In this document: positions 63,809 through 64,000 of the stretch, piece by piece
How positions within the stretch are numbered: position 1 is the first letter of the stretch
How the letters are laid out: every line of letters begins with the position of its first letter
NCBI GenBank assembly: GCA_964611345.1
Contig: CAZSYU010000004.1
Location: 17,620 to 81,619 of the forward strand
From: an uncultured Pseudomonadales bacterium
GTDB lineage: Bacteria; Pseudomonadota; Gammaproteobacteria; Pseudomonadales; Azotimanducaceae
Reading direction: 5' to 3'
Length of the DNA: 64,000 nt
Program-made: the position numbers and the translations under genes
Notes under the pieces: generated by a model
Seen by the model: only the letters and a program-made list of their open reading frames with translations
Told to the model about the DNA's origin: nothing
Databases searched by the model: none

Positions 63809-64000
63809 TAAACCTCCTCGCAAGTACGTAACATATCGCACCCGGAATTTACTTGAGTAGAGTGGATTCCCAAGATCTTACGCAAACCCTAACTACATTA
63901 AATGTTAGTCGAGGTTAGCGAAGGGTTAGATAAGAACGTGTAAAGCGGAAAAAATACAGGTGAATATCGCAGTTAGTGCGTAGTTTTTACGAATACTATT

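Noticed and set aside
1-64000. Looked for CRISPR arrays, rRNA/tRNA genes, IS elements, integrases, phage genes and flanking direct repeats that would mark the 29-54 kb region as a mobile island.
   Set aside because: Only a few intergenic gaps exceed 100 nt, the largest being about 160 nt, and none has tRNA-like or repeat-spacer structure. No translated frame shows transposase, integrase or phage motifs. The accessory-looking locus therefore cannot be called a mobile element from this window. I could not compute GC skew or composition.

Overview
This is a high-GC, almost fully coding segment that looks like gammaproteobacterial chromosome. I call about 47 genes and recognise no rRNA, tRNA, CRISPR, transposase or integrase. 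All calls come from reading the six-frame translations and the DNA by eye; no searches were run.

- **1-23.9 kb:** housekeeping genes plus an LPS inner-core locus with Pseudomonas-like gene order. It contains hldE, an lpxL-family acyltransferase, a glycosyltransferase, a carbamoyltransferase, a two-domain LPS kinase, waaP, a duplicated and fused waaG, waaC and waaF. These are followed by ilvE, glnE, an orphan GspE/PilB-type ATPase, argE, argA and ilvD.
- **24-29 kb:** three small conserved unknowns, hemE, a membrane class III nucleotidyl cyclase and gdhA.
- **29.2-54.2 kb (the unusual part):** a translationally coupled nine-gene minus-strand operon (46086 down to 29180). In transcription order it encodes:
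  - a cytoplasmic FAD/NAD(P) + 2x cNMP-binding + 4x Fe-S-motif protein
  - a 5-TM protein with two His pairs spaced i/i+14 (di-heme-b-like)
  - an FHA-like-TM-decaheme c fusion
  - a tandem GlcG/HbpS-like lipoprotein
  - a 659-aa putative outer-membrane barrel
  - a decaheme c protein fused to an LVIVD-like beta-propeller
  - a 4xCXXCH + CX4CH cytochrome
  - a tail-anchored PP2C phosphatase
  - a tail-anchored double-FHA protein

  It is flanked by a divergent TM-FHA gene, a Calx-beta autotransporter, a Sel1-caspase protein and a Hanks Ser/Thr kinase.
- **Main hypothesis:** this is a trans-envelope, porin-cytochrome-like electron conduit. It would be fed from cytoplasmic NAD(P)H and gated by cyclic nucleotide and by Ser/Thr phosphorylation with FHA readers. 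I do not recognise this combination as a described system, but its novelty is unverified.
- **54.2-64 kb:** fabV, an NAD-kinase-like gene, folA, thyA, lgt, an NRDE-family gene, an EEP-family gene, a prolyl oligopeptidase, an SDR and csrA.
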